Assembly: GCA_964415805.1 (NCBI GenBank) | Contig: CAYQBQ010000002.1 | Coordinates: 1-33,387 of the forward strand | Length of the DNA: 33,387 nt | Source: an uncultured Clostridium sp. | GTDB taxonomy: Bacteria > Bacillota > Clostridia > TANB77 > CAG-508 | Direction: 5' to 3' | Shown: piece after piece, positions 24,648 to 33,387 of the stretch | Numbering within the stretch: position 1 is the stretch's first letter | Layout of the letters: every line of letters starts with the position of its first letter | Translations under genes and position numbers: made by a program | The notes under the pieces: generated by a model | What the model was told of the DNA's origin: nothing | Seen by the model: the letters and a program-made list of their open reading frames with translations, nothing else | The model's database searches: none

Positions 24648-25196
24648 CTATTCTTCTTTCAAATGTTCCACAGTTTCATCATGATTTTCATCAACATCTG
24701 ATTCAATTGAAACTGTTTTTTCTAAATCAGATTTTTCCTCTTTTTCTTGTTTTCCATTGTCTTCTAAATTCTCATTTTTTTTATTTGATTCATCAACTAT
24801 TTCAACTTCTTTTGCAGACTCTTCTTTTATTTCTTCTTGTTTAGTTCCACATTTTGGACAAAATTTTACATCTTTTTCTATTTCTGCATAACAATTTGGA
24901 CATTTTCTTTTATCTTTTAATTCTAAACATTGTTTTAAAATTGAATCTATTTCATCACTTAAACAATCAATCTTTGTACATTGTTCTTCTAATTCATTAG
25001 TAATATCTTCTTTTTCCTCTTTAACATGATTTTCATATACAATTTTGCCGATTTCTTCATATATGTCATTAATTTCAGATTTTAGTTCTCCCATTTTCAT
25101 TCTAAGTTTAGCTTCTTTTGCTAATTTTCCTGTTTTATCTGCTGTTACTTTGTATGCCTCACTTGCTTTTTTTCCTAATTTATCAAAAAATTCCAT
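24648..25196 (-). CDS. Zinc-ribbon domain protein with a helical N-terminus and acidic tail
   Basis: 182 aa. CPNCYAEIEKDVKFCPKCG is a CxxC-x10-CxxC ribbon. A strong AAGGAGG Shine-Dalgarno sequence is present. Confidence 0.65.
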   Translation of the reverse strand: MEFFDKLGKKASEAYKVTADKTGKLAKEAKLRMKMGELKSEINDIYEEIGKIVYENHVKEEKEDITNELEEQCTKIDCLSDEIDSILKQCLELKDKRKCPNCYAEIEKDVKFCPKCGTKQEEIKEESAKEVEIVDESNKKNENLEDNGKQEKEEKSDLEKTVSIESDVDENHDETVEHLKEE

Positions 25197-25278
25197 ATAT
25201 ATTCCTCCTTTTAGGCCAAAGGCCTGTCCTTTTCTGACCCATTTTTACCATAAATATTATTCCATATGTTTTTATATT

Positions 25279-26262
25279 TTATTCATATTTTTTATCTCTT
25301 GTCATAAGAGTTTTTACTGCTTCTCTTGGGTTTAATCCTTCATAAAGTACTTCATATACTGTTTCTACAATAGGCATTTCAATATTGTGTAATTTTCCTA
25401 ATTCATAAGCTACTTCTATATTATCAATACTTTCAATTACCATTCCTACTTCTTTTTTTGTATCTTCAAGTGACATTCCCTGTCCTATTAAAAATCCTGC
25501 TTTTCTATTTCTGCTGTGTTCACTCAAACATGTTACTATTAAATCTCCAAGCCCACTCAAGCCATAAAAAGTTTCTTCTTTTCCGCCTAGTTCTATACCT
25601 AATCTTGATATTTCTTTTAATCCTCTTGTTATTAATGCTGCAAAGCTATTATCTCCAAGTCCTATTCCTGCTGCTACACCTGCACAAAATGCTATAATAT
25701 TTTTTAAAGCTCCTCCTAATTCTACTCCTTTAATATCATTTGATGTATATATTCTCATTTTTTCTGACATGAATGTGTCTTGTATTAATTTTAATATATT
25801 TTGATGTTTAGATGCTATTACTAATGCTGTTGGTATTGCTACAGATACTTCTTCTGCATGGCTTGGTCCTGATAAAACACCTATTTTTGCTTCAGGCATT
25901 TCCTCTAAAATAACTTCATCTAATGTCTCAAGTGTTTCTTTTTCAAATCCTTTTCCACATATTATGATTGGTTTATTTTTTACATATTGTTTATATTGTT
26001 TGAAAGTATTTCTTGTAAATTTTGATGGTGTTACATGTATTATAAATTCAGTGTCCTTTATTACTTCTTCAAAACTTGTTGAACAATATATATTTTCAGG
26101 CAATTCTAATCCTGGCAAGAATTTGCACTTTTTTTCATTGTTTATAATATCTCTTTCTTCTTCTAAAAAAGACCATATTTTTACATTATTTCCTAATTTT
26201 GCCAAATGTACAGCTAATGCAACTCCCCAACTTCCACTTCCTATTATTGCTATATTCTTCAT
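25279..26262 (-). CDS. gpsA: NAD(P)H-dependent glycerol-3-phosphate dehydrogenase
   Basis: IAIIGSGSWGVALA is a Rossmann motif. GALKNIIAFCAGV is present, and the gene follows plsY. Confidence 0.9.
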   Translation of the reverse strand: MKNIAIIGSGSWGVALAVHLAKLGNNVKIWSFLEEERDIINNEKKCKFLPGLELPENIYCSTSFEEVIKDTEFIIHVTPSKFTRNTFKQYKQYVKNKPIIICGKGFEKETLETLDEVILEEMPEAKIGVLSGPSHAEEVSVAIPTALVIASKHQNILKLIQDTFMSEKMRIYTSNDIKGVELGGALKNIIAFCAGVAAGIGLGDNSFAALITRGLKEISRLGIELGGKEETFYGLSGLGDLIVTCLSEHSRNRKAGFLIGQGMSLEDTKKEVGMVIESIDNIEVAYELGKLHNIEMPIVETVYEVLYEGLNPREAVKTLMTRDKKYE

Positions 26263-26326
26263 ACTTTATTCTTCGTTCCTTTCAATTCGCTTTTTTCTCA
26301 GTGTAATATAAAAATTTCTATAAATT

Positions 26327-26971
26327 TTATTTTTTACTAAAACTTAATTTATTTTCAGTTCCACTTAGTATTCTTTTTATATTTTCTCTATGATTATATA
26401 AAACAATTATCGCTAATATTACACTATATACAAAGTAAACATTTCCGTTTTTTCCTTCTGTTAAAACTGTATAATGTTGATTTATAAATAATGTCAAAAC
26501 AGGAAATAATACTGCTGCTGCGCAAGAACCTAATGATACCATTCTTGTCAAAGCCATTAATACTAATGCAAATACTAAACATATTAATCCAATTTGCCAG
26601 TTACTCATAAGTAATACTCCCAAAGATGTTGCAACACCTTTTCCACCTTTAAATCCGAAAAATATTGGGAATGTGTGTCCTAATACAACTGCAATTCCTG
26701 CTATTTGTAAAAGTAATTCTTTATCCAGATTTTTTGAAATATTACCTATAATTATTGCTATTACTATTGAAACTACTCCTTTTAAAATATCACAAACTAA
26801 TGTTATTGCTGCAGCCTTTTTTCCTACTGAACGCAACATGTTAGTTGTTCCAGCATTTCCACTACCTTTTTCTCTTACATCAAATCCTGCCATTTTTTTG
26901 CTAATTATAATTGAAAAATTTATACTTCCTATTAAATACGCAATTATTGCCATAATAATATACCAAAACAT
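26327..26971 (-). CDS. plsY: Acyl-phosphate:glycerol-3-phosphate acyltransferase
   Basis: 214-aa multi-TM protein with GSGNAGTTN and FKGGKGVATS motifs. Confidence 0.9.
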   Translation of the reverse strand: MFWYIIMAIIAYLIGSINFSIIISKKMAGFDVREKGSGNAGTTNMLRSVGKKAAAITLVCDILKGVVSIVIAIIIGNISKNLDKELLLQIAGIAVVLGHTFPIFFGFKGGKGVATSLGVLLMSNWQIGLICLVFALVLMALTRMVSLGSCAAAVLFPVLTLFINQHYTVLTEGKNGNVYFVYSVILAIIVLYNHRENIKRILSGTENKLSFSKK

Positions 26972-26973
26972 TT

Positions 26974-28302
26974 CTATATCTCCTTTTCATTTTTTTCTCT
27001 TACGATTATTCTTACTGGTGTTCCTTCTAATCCAAATTCTTTTCTTATTTGATTTACTAAATATCTTTGATAAGAAAAATGGAATAGCTCTTTATTGTTT
27101 ACAAAAATAACAAATGTTGGCGGTTTCGTAGAAGCTTGTGTTCCATAATAGATTCTTAATCTTCTGCCTTTATCTGTTGGTGGTTGAACAATCGCTATAG
27201 CTTCATTTATTACTTGATTTAATACTGATGTTGATACTCTTAATGCATTTTGTTTTGCTACATTATTAATCATATCAAATAATTTATCCACTCTTTGTCC
27301 AGTTTTTGCTGATATAAATATGACTGGTGCATATGATAAATATGATAATTTTTCATAAACTTCTTTTTTATATTTTTCTAAAGTCCCCGTCGTTTTTTCA
27401 TATTCATCCCATTTATTAACAACTATAATAACACCTTTTCCTGCTTCATGAGCTTCACCTGCTATTTTAGCATCTTGGTCTGTTACACCATCATTTGCGT
27501 CTATCATCATCAAACATACATCTGCTCTTTCAACTGCTAATAAACTTCTTTGAACACTATATTTTTCTATTGATTCATTTACCTTAGCTTTTTTTCTGAT
27601 ACCAGCTGTATCTATCAATACATATTTTCCATGTTCATTTTCAAATGGCGAATCTATTGCATCTCTTGTAGTTCCTGCAATATTACTTACTATTGTTCTT
27701 TTTTCACCCAAAATTTTATTTATTAATGATGATTTTCCTACATTTGGTTTTCCTATTACTGCAACTTTAATTATTTCTTCATCATCTTCAGAATCATCTT
27801 TTTCAGGAAAATGCTCGTATATACAATCTAAAACATCTCCTATACCCAATGCATTTGTTGCTGATATTGGATGGGGATCACCTATTCCTAAATTATAAAA
27901 TTCATAAGCTTCTTGACTGTCTCTATCATAGTTATCTGCTTTATTACAAACTAATACTATTGGTTTTCCTGATTTTTTTAGCATTAAAGCAATTTCTCTG
28001 TCTGCTGCAGTTACACCCTGCCTTATATCTGTTAAAAATATAATTACATCAGCCATTGCAATTGCTAAATTTGCTTGTTCTCTCATTTGAGATAAAATGA
28101 TATCCTCTGAATCTGGTTCAATTCCACCTGTATCTACTAGTGTGAAATTTCTTCCACGCCAATTTGTTTCTGCATATATTCTGTCTCTTGTAACACCTGG
28201 TGTATCTTGAACTATTGATATTCTACTTCCTGCCAAATAGTTAAAAAATGTTGATTTTCCTACGTTTGGCTTTCCTATTATTGCTACTATTGGTTTTGAC
28301 AT
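26974..28302 (-). CDS. der: Ribosome-associated GTPase Der/EngA (tandem G domains plus KH-like domain)
   Basis: There are two P-loops, both GKPNVGKS(T/S). DTGG/DTAG and NKAD/NKWD motifs are present. The protein is 442 aa. Confidence 0.93.
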   Translation of the reverse strand: MSKPIVAIIGKPNVGKSTFFNYLAGSRISIVQDTPGVTRDRIYAETNWRGRNFTLVDTGGIEPDSEDIILSQMREQANLAIAMADVIIFLTDIRQGVTAADREIALMLKKSGKPIVLVCNKADNYDRDSQEAYEFYNLGIGDPHPISATNALGIGDVLDCIYEHFPEKDDSEDDEEIIKVAVIGKPNVGKSSLINKILGEKRTIVSNIAGTTRDAIDSPFENEHGKYVLIDTAGIRKKAKVNESIEKYSVQRSLLAVERADVCLMMIDANDGVTDQDAKIAGEAHEAGKGVIIVVNKWDEYEKTTGTLEKYKKEVYEKLSYLSYAPVIFISAKTGQRVDKLFDMINNVAKQNALRVSTSVLNQVINEAIAIVQPPTDKGRRLRIYYGTQASTKPPTFVIFVNNKELFHFSYQRYLVNQIRKEFGLEGTPVRIIVREKNEKEI

Positions 28303-28340
28303 TTGCTATTTCCCTTCTCTCTGTTTTAGTCTATGGTTCA

Positions 28341-28360
28341 AAAAGGGAGGCTCCCCTTTT
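28341..28360 (-). terminator. Weak candidate terminator after the DUF2207 gene
   Basis: AAAAGGG-aggctc-CCCTTTT forms a short palindrome 10 nt after the stop. Only three of its pairs are G-C. Confidence 0.3.
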
Positions 28361-28370
28361 AAACCAATTT

Positions 28371-30263
28371 TTATCTTCCGGCCACCGCCGCCTCCGGCCT
28401 CCGGCCTCCACCGCCGCCACCAGAGAAACCTCCTCCTGAGCCTGAACCTGATGAGTATGTGGCTGAAGAGATTGATGAACTTATTGCACTTGAAAAACTT
28501 GAACTAAAATTTGTGTTCATCATTATATTCATATATGCATACGTACCTATTCCTGTTGTCATTTCTTCAAAATTTGGATATACCATTTTTAATTGTTTTA
28601 TAACTTTATCTGCTATTCCGAATGCTGTTGCATATACTAAATATTTTTCCCAAACTATCAATTCTGGTACTTCTCTTTTGTCTAGTCTTGAAAAGTCTTC
28701 CATAAATTTTTTAAGACCTTTCCACTGTTCTTGTAAATCCACACCTTTTTGAGTTAGTACATTTAATTTTTTTGCAATCATTCCACACATAAATGCATTA
28801 ATTGTTAGTATAATTATTGGTATTATAAATGCTACAAATGTAAAAAATAATAAAAATACTATTGCAAAAATATATGCAACTTGAATTCCTCTATATTTTG
28901 CGCATTCCTTTTGCATTTCGGAATCTATTATTTCTTCTTTTATAAGTTGTTTATTAACATCATCATAAGTCATACTTAATAAACTTTCTGTCTTAGAAGG
29001 ATGATTTTTTATATACTTTTCTAGCTCTTTTATAGTTAATGACTCTTCGCCTTTTGAAGCTTCTAGTATAAATTTCATTATACGAGCCTCACTAGGTTTC
29101 AATTCATAAGTAGCTTCTTTTAAAATGTATATATTTATAATATCTTTTCCTTTTTCATTTTTTTCTTTTCTTATGTCTAAATATCCCTTTAATGTTAAAT
29201 CTAACATCGTTGCTGAAAATATTTTTCCAAAATTTGTTGATGAAAATGAAGTTACCTTCATATTTAATGTTTTTACTGCTTCCCCAGGCGCAGAGTTCTC
29301 ATCTGGTATGTCTCTATAATATTCCAATTCTGTTGTTGGTTTATACTTTTTTAAACCTTTGATTTTTTTAAAATATTTTATTGTTTTTGTTATAAAAAAT
29401 ACGCCTAATATAACATTAATTATAGCCCATCCAATAAATAAAACTTTAGCTAAGTTCTTTTCAATCCATTCTTGTCTTTCTCTTCTAGAATTTGCTTCAT
29501 CTGCCCATTTTGTTTCTTCTTTTATAGCTGTTTGCAAAATTTCTGTGTTTTTTGTTCTTCCAGAATATGTTATTAATTCTGTTGGAAATAATGTTCTTAT
29601 TTCTACATATCTACCACTTCTAAAATCATTTAACTCAAACTCGATTTTATTTAAATCTGTTGCATATATTGTTCCATTTAAGTCTTCTGTATGTCCCCAA
29701 ACCTTAATATCTTCTTGATTTGAAACATTTGATGGTAAATATATTGTTCCTGTTATTCTATCGGCAGGAACTTCAAAATCCTCTCCTATAAATTGCCAAT
29801 ATAATTCTGAATAATCATTGTATTTAGTTATTGCATCTTTAACTGTATAAGATATTTCGTATTTTCTTGTTCCACTGCTATTGTCTAATCCTACACCCCA
29901 ACCAATTTCAAAATTGTTATCTTCATTTTCAGTTCCATAATAATAATTTTTCTTTACATGATATGCCCATTCATTTGTTTTTGTAAAGTTAATATTTTGA
30001 CCATTTGTTATTTCTTTTACTGTTACATTTGTTATTCCAGAATATTTTTTTGAATCTGTTTTAAATGACTTATATAATGTATTTGTTTCTTTTATGTTTA
30101 TATCCCATATTTCTGTTACATCCATGCTTCCATCATTATTTATTTGTACATTGAAATCTAAATCATTAAGTTTTAAACTTCCAGCATTTGATTTTACTGT
30201 GCCAATTAGTAAAAATATAAAAGAAAACATTAATATATATATGATTTTTTTTGTATTTTTCAT
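28371..30263 (-). CDS. DUF2207-family membrane protein with a Gly-rich C-terminal tail
   Basis: 630 aa with a signal peptide, an extracytoplasmic beta-rich N-domain of about 240 aa, several TM segments, and the ending SGSGSGGGFSGGGGGG, as is common in DUF2207 proteins. Confidence 0.7.
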   Translation of the reverse strand: MKNTKKIIYILMFSFIFLLIGTVKSNAGSLKLNDLDFNVQINNDGSMDVTEIWDINIKETNTLYKSFKTDSKKYSGITNVTVKEITNGQNINFTKTNEWAYHVKKNYYYGTENEDNNFEIGWGVGLDNSSGTRKYEISYTVKDAITKYNDYSELYWQFIGEDFEVPADRITGTIYLPSNVSNQEDIKVWGHTEDLNGTIYATDLNKIEFELNDFRSGRYVEIRTLFPTELITYSGRTKNTEILQTAIKEETKWADEANSRRERQEWIEKNLAKVLFIGWAIINVILGVFFITKTIKYFKKIKGLKKYKPTTELEYYRDIPDENSAPGEAVKTLNMKVTSFSSTNFGKIFSATMLDLTLKGYLDIRKEKNEKGKDIINIYILKEATYELKPSEARIMKFILEASKGEESLTIKELEKYIKNHPSKTESLLSMTYDDVNKQLIKEEIIDSEMQKECAKYRGIQVAYIFAIVFLLFFTFVAFIIPIIILTINAFMCGMIAKKLNVLTQKGVDLQEQWKGLKKFMEDFSRLDKREVPELIVWEKYLVYATAFGIADKVIKQLKMVYPNFEEMTTGIGTYAYMNIMMNTNFSSSFSSAISSSISSATYSSGSGSGGGFSGGGGGGRRPEAAVAGR

Positions 30264-30330
30264 AAGCTTTCTCCTCTCTTTTTTTCATAATTATTTTACT
30301 ATATTAATATGGAAAATGCAAGAAAATAAT

Positions 30331-30363
30331 AAAAAATAAGGGCCAGTTCATTTTGAACTGACC
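30331..30363 (-). terminator. Rho-independent terminator after the 80-aa ORF
   Basis: A 7-bp stem pairs CAGTTCA (30344-30350) with TGAACTG (30354-30360), plus two outer G-C pairs. CTTATTTTTT follows on the minus strand. Confidence 0.5.
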
Positions 30364-30369
30364 TTGATT

Positions 30370-30612
30370 TTAGTATTTATCAAAAAGATATTGAATCTCT
30401 CTTTGTATATATACTCTTTTGCCATTAGTGTACTGGGACATCATTTCTTGAAGTTCTGATTCTTTAATTGTTTTTTCTAAAAAATGTCTTCTCCGAAATC
30501 TTGCAACAACACTTTGTTTATTACCTTCATAACGCTTTAAAGCAAGTATTGTCAATCCCTCCTCTTCTAAGACAAACTTTGGAGAACTACAGTTACTGTA
30601 ACAATTTGCCAT
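30370..30612 (-). CDS. Hypothetical small protein (80 aa)
   Basis: The ORF was started at the second ATG (MANCYS...), 9 nt after AGGAG. No motif was recognised. Confidence 0.45.
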   Translation of the reverse strand: MANCYSNCSSPKFVLEEEGLTILALKRYEGNKQSVVARFRRRHFLEKTIKESELQEMMSQYTNGKRVYIQREIQYLFDKY

Positions 30613-30751
30613 AAGTACCATCTCCTTCTAATTTTTTTGTATTATAATTATATGAAAATAAATTAGCTTTGTCAATTTTTTATGATAATAAAAATTTGAA
30701 GATTTAAAAATTTTATGATATCATATATAAAATTTGAAAGGAATGATTTTA

Positions 30752-32437
30752 ATGGCATTTGATGGAATTGTAACAAAAGCAATAGCAACAGAACTATCTG
30801 AACTCAATGGAGCAAGAATAGACAAAGTTTTTCAACCCACTAAAAATGAAATAATATTAGGATTATATTTAAATAAAAAAAACTATGCACTAAACATATG
30901 CATAGATTCACAGAATTGCAGAATTAATTTAACAACAAATTCTAAACCTAACCCACAAGTTGCACCTAACTTTTGCATGTTATTACGTAAAAATTTAATA
31001 GGTCTAAAATTAAAAAATATTATAACATTCGATTTAGAAAGATTAGTCATCTTAGAATTTGAAGGTTTTGATGAATTAGATGATATTATTTCAAAAAAAT
31101 TAATAATTGAATTAATGGGAAAACATAGCAACATAATTCTATTAGATGATGCAAATATAATTATTGATAGTTTAAGACATATTACAGAAATTGATGAAAA
31201 TTATAGAGATATATTACCACATACAAAGTATAGTTATCCAACTTCAAATAAATGTAGCTTTTTGGAATTAAAAGATTTTGAAGACTTTAAAAATCTTTTA
31301 GATATCTCTGATATTGGCACTTTTCCTACTCAAATTTCAAACACTTTTAACGGTATATCTAAAGGTTTTATTAATTCTATAATTAAAAAACTAGAAATCA
31401 AAGATTTGACTGTTTCAAATTTAGAACTTATTTATAATTATATCAAAAATATAATTGATAACATTGGAACTAATAATTTGTCTTTTAAAAAAGTAAAGAA
31501 TCAAGAAGGAATTATAAAAGACTATTTTTTAGTCAATTCAAAATCCACAAAACCTTTTGAATTGAACTTTTTTATAGATGATTTTTATTACAGCAAAGAA
31601 ATCTCTGAAGCATTTCGAAATTATAGAAATACTTTATTAAAACTTATTTTGGATACATTAAAAAAATATAATAAAAGATTATATAATATAAATGAAAAAT
31701 TACATGAATGTGATGATATGGAGAAATATAGAATCTATGGTGAGCTTATTACTGCAAATCTATATCGTATTCCAAATAAAAATTTAGAAGAAATCGAATT
31801 AGAAAACTATTATGATAATAATAATAAAATTTTAATTAAGCTTGATAAACGCTACTCTCCTAGTATTAACGCAAAAAAATTTTTCAAAAAATACTCTAAA
31901 CTTAAAAATGCATTAGCAATTGTTTCTGAACAGAAAAAAGATACTTTAAAAGAACTTGATTATATTGAAAGTATTGTTTATGAGCTTGAAAGTTCTACTT
32001 CAATTGATGAACTTACATCAATTTTTGATGAAATTTCTGAAAATGATATTTTTAAAGAAAAAACTTCCAGAGTCAATAATACAAAAAAATCTAAAATAAA
32101 ATATAATGTTGATGGTTACACTGTTTTAGTTGGTAGAAATAATAAGGAAAATGATTATTTAACTCTAAAATACGCTAGCAAAAATGATATATGGTTTCAT
32201 ACAAAAGATTTTCATGGTAGTCATACAATTTTAAAAATAACAAATAATTTACCTTATCCTAATTTTGAGATTTTAGTTGAGACTGCTAAAATTGCTGCAC
32301 AACATAGCAAGGCAAAGAACTCCTCAAATGTTCCTGTTGATTATTGTGAAGTAAAATATGTAAAAAAACCTTCTGGTTCAAGGCCTGGTATGGTTATTTA
32401 TACAAATAATAAAACTTTGAATGTTAATCCTTTATAA
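30752..32437 (+). CDS. rqcH: Ribosome quality-control protein RqcH (NFACT family; formerly fibronectin-binding protein A-like)
   Basis: MAFDGIVTKAIATEL...ARIDKVFQP is the NFACT-N start. ELMGKHSNIILLD, a long coiled coil and the C-terminal NFACT-R motif (VGRNNKENDYLT...DIWFHTKDFHGSH) are present. The start is set at the ATG behind AAAGGAA. Confidence 0.88.
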   Translation: MAFDGIVTKAIATELSELNGARIDKVFQPTKNEIILGLYLNKKNYALNICIDSQNCRINLTTNSKPNPQVAPNFCMLLRKNLIGLKLKNIITFDLERLVILEFEGFDELDDIISKKLIIELMGKHSNIILLDDANIIIDSLRHITEIDENYRDILPHTKYSYPTSNKCSFLELKDFEDFKNLLDISDIGTFPTQISNTFNGISKGFINSIIKKLEIKDLTVSNLELIYNYIKNIIDNIGTNNLSFKKVKNQEGIIKDYFLVNSKSTKPFELNFFIDDFYYSKEISEAFRNYRNTLLKLILDTLKKYNKRLYNINEKLHECDDMEKYRIYGELITANLYRIPNKNLEEIELENYYDNNNKILIKLDKRYSPSINAKKFFKKYSKLKNALAIVSEQKKDTLKELDYIESIVYELESSTSIDELTSIFDEISENDIFKEKTSRVNNTKKSKIKYNVDGYTVLVGRNNKENDYLTLKYASKNDIWFHTKDFHGSHTILKITNNLPYPNFEILVETAKIAAQHSKAKNSSNVPVDYCEVKYVKKPSGSRPGMVIYTNNKTLNVNPL

Positions 32438-32439
32438 AA

Positions 32440-32512
32440 TTCGACCACTGTGGACGTTCTTAATTTGGTTGTGAGTCAGTTGAACCAATTAAGAACGTCA
32501 CCAGTGGTCGAA
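32440..32512. repeat. Palindromic element C (homologous to element B), imperfect 28-bp stem
   Basis: TTCGACCACTG-tg-GACGTTCTTAA-t-TTGGTT pairs with AACCAA-TTAAGAACGTC-ac-CAGTGGTCGAA around a 12-nt loop. It lies between convergent rqcH and rimO-like genes. The left arm is 25/30 identical to the element B left arm. Confidence 0.85.
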
Positions 32513-32518
32513 TAGATT

Positions 32519-33387
32519 TTATTTTATTACACCTATCAAATCATAATTACTTACATCTGTAATCTTACACTCTACAAAACTATTCAAAACATCTTTTTCC
32601 TTTAATTTTTCATCATTCTGAATATACACTAATCCATCTTCTTCTGGAACATCTTGCATAGTACGACCAATAAAATATTTTCTATCAAAAGACATATCTT
32701 CTATTAAAACTTTATATGTATTTCCAATCTTATTTTTCAAATTTGCAAATGAAATTTCTGCTTGAGCTTTCATTATTTTATTATATCTTGATTTCTTTGT
32801 ATTTCCATGAATTTGTTCTGGAAGTCTTGCAGCTGGTGTCCCCTCTTCTTTTGAGTACATAAATGTTCCTAATCTATCAAATTTTGTAGTTTTTACAAAT
32901 GATAATAATTCCTCAAAATTTTCTTGTGTTTCTCCTGGAAAACCTACTATTAAACTTGTTCTTATTACAACATTTGGTATTTGTTTTCTTATTTTTTCTA
33001 TGATATTTGTTATGTTTTCTTTACTTGTTTTTCTATTCATTTTCTTTAATATAGAATTAGAAATATGTTGAATTGGAATGTCAAAATATTTTGCAATTTT
33101 CTCATTATTAGCTACTGTTTCTATTAGTTTATCTGTAATTCCTTCTGGATATGAATATAAAAATCTAATCCATTCTATTCCTTGTATCATACTTAATTTT
33201 TCTAATAATTCTGCAAGTTTACTTTCTCCATATATATCAACACCATATTTAGTTGTGTCTTGAGCAATAACTATTAATTCTTTTATTCCTTTTTTTTCTA
33301 GCATTTCCGCTTCTTTTAATACTTCTTCCATTTTTCTACTTACAAATGGACCTCTTATATATGGAATTGCACAATATGTACATTTAT
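32519..33387 (-). CDS. Radical-SAM methylthiotransferase, RimO-like (N-terminus outside the window)
   Basis: The reading frame stays open to the window end. The last codons read KCTYCAIPYIRGP, part of the CxxxCxxC cluster. A C-terminal TRAM-like domain is present (VECKITDVSNYDLIGV). RimO versus MiaB/MtaB cannot be settled by eye. Confidence 0.75.
   Translation of the reverse strand, partial: KCTYCAIPYIRGPFVSRKMEEVLKEAEMLEKKGIKELIVIAQDTTKYGVDIYGESKLAELLEKLSMIQGIEWIRFLYSYPEGITDKLIETVANNEKIAKYFDIPIQHISNSILKKMNRKTSKENITNIIEKIRKQIPNVVIRTSLIVGFPGETQENFEELLSFVKTTKFDRLGTFMYSKEEGTPAARLPEQIHGNTKKSRYNKIMKAQAEISFANLKNKIGNTYKVLIEDMSFDRKYFIGRTMQDVPEEDGLVYIQNDEKLKEKDVLNSFVECKITDVSNYDLIGVIK

Noticed and set aside
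28371-28440. A strikingly GC-rich tract (ccggccaccgccgcctccggcctccggcctccaccgccgccacc) at the 3' end of the DUF2207 gene, considered as foreign DNA or a frameshifted tail
   Set aside because: It encodes the Gly-run tail (GGGFSGGGGGG) that DUF2207 proteins commonly carry, and Gly codons force the high GC. The last 10 codons (RRPEAAVAGR) are odd and the GGAGGCC repeat could slip. However, the alternative frames give nothing better, and a hairpin follows the stop.
24550-32512. The GGACGTTCTTAA-containing repeats as a CRISPR array or orphan CRISPR repeats
   Set aside because: There are only two copies, about 7.9 kb apart. Each is an inverted pair with a 12-19 nt loop rather than direct repeats with 30-40 nt spacers. 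No cas genes are present in the window.
278-33263. About 45 plus-strand ORFs of 60-200 aa in the track, for example 1711-2334, 6475-6978, 18163-18585 and 26673-27110
   Set aside because: Each lies antisense to a minus-strand gene with clear family motifs. They encode Phe/Leu/Ile/Ser-rich low-complexity peptides and lack Shine-Dalgarno sequences. Stop codons are simply rare on the complement of AT-rich, Lys/Glu/Asn-rich coding sequence.
1-33387. A prophage, ICE, defence island or toxin-antitoxin content
   Set aside because: No integrase, recombinase, transposase, phage structural, restriction-modification, nuclease-helicase or small paired toxin-antitoxin ORFs could be recognised. The tRNA at the window edge has no adjacent integrase within the window.

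Overview
This window is very AT-rich Firmicutes (Clostridia-type) chromosomal backbone. About 35 genes are tightly packed, and all but three lie on the minus strand. Recognisable housekeeping content:
- a partial tRNA-Glu
- rbgA-mrnC
- DUF1292, ruvX (yqgF) and ireB
- a CarD-family regulator and dut
- the spoVS, ymdB, rny block
- rpmE
- a NatAB-like ABC-2 exporter
- an Fe-alcohol dehydrogenase and a phosphofructokinase
- trmB and an RluA-family pseudouridine synthase
- a class-A RNase P RNA (not in the ORF track)
- gpsA, plsY, der
- a DUF2207 membrane protein
- rqcH
- a partial rimO-like radical-SAM enzyme

I saw no transposase, integrase, CRISPR array, or recognisable defence or toxin genes. 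The parts ordinary annotation does not explain:
1. A three-gene minus-strand cassette (4243-8063) just upstream of ireB-ruvX. It encodes a small secreted two-TM protein, a 768-aa protein, and a membrane-anchored degenerate GGDEF protein. The 768-aa protein combines a receiver-like N-terminus, two near-canonical AT-hooks, acidic LPGFE repeats and a ParA/MinD-like C-terminus with a degenerate P-loop.
2. Long GC-rich intergenic palindromes with about 29-30 bp stems. Two of them (24.55 kb and 32.44 kb) are clearly homologous and show compensatory arm changes.
3. Orphan proteins: a 584-aa protein between rpmE and rny, and an HExxH protein coupled to rbgA-mrnC.

All family calls come from motif recognition by eye. 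No searches were run, and start codons were re-picked from Shine-Dalgarno spacing where the ORF track looked over-extended.
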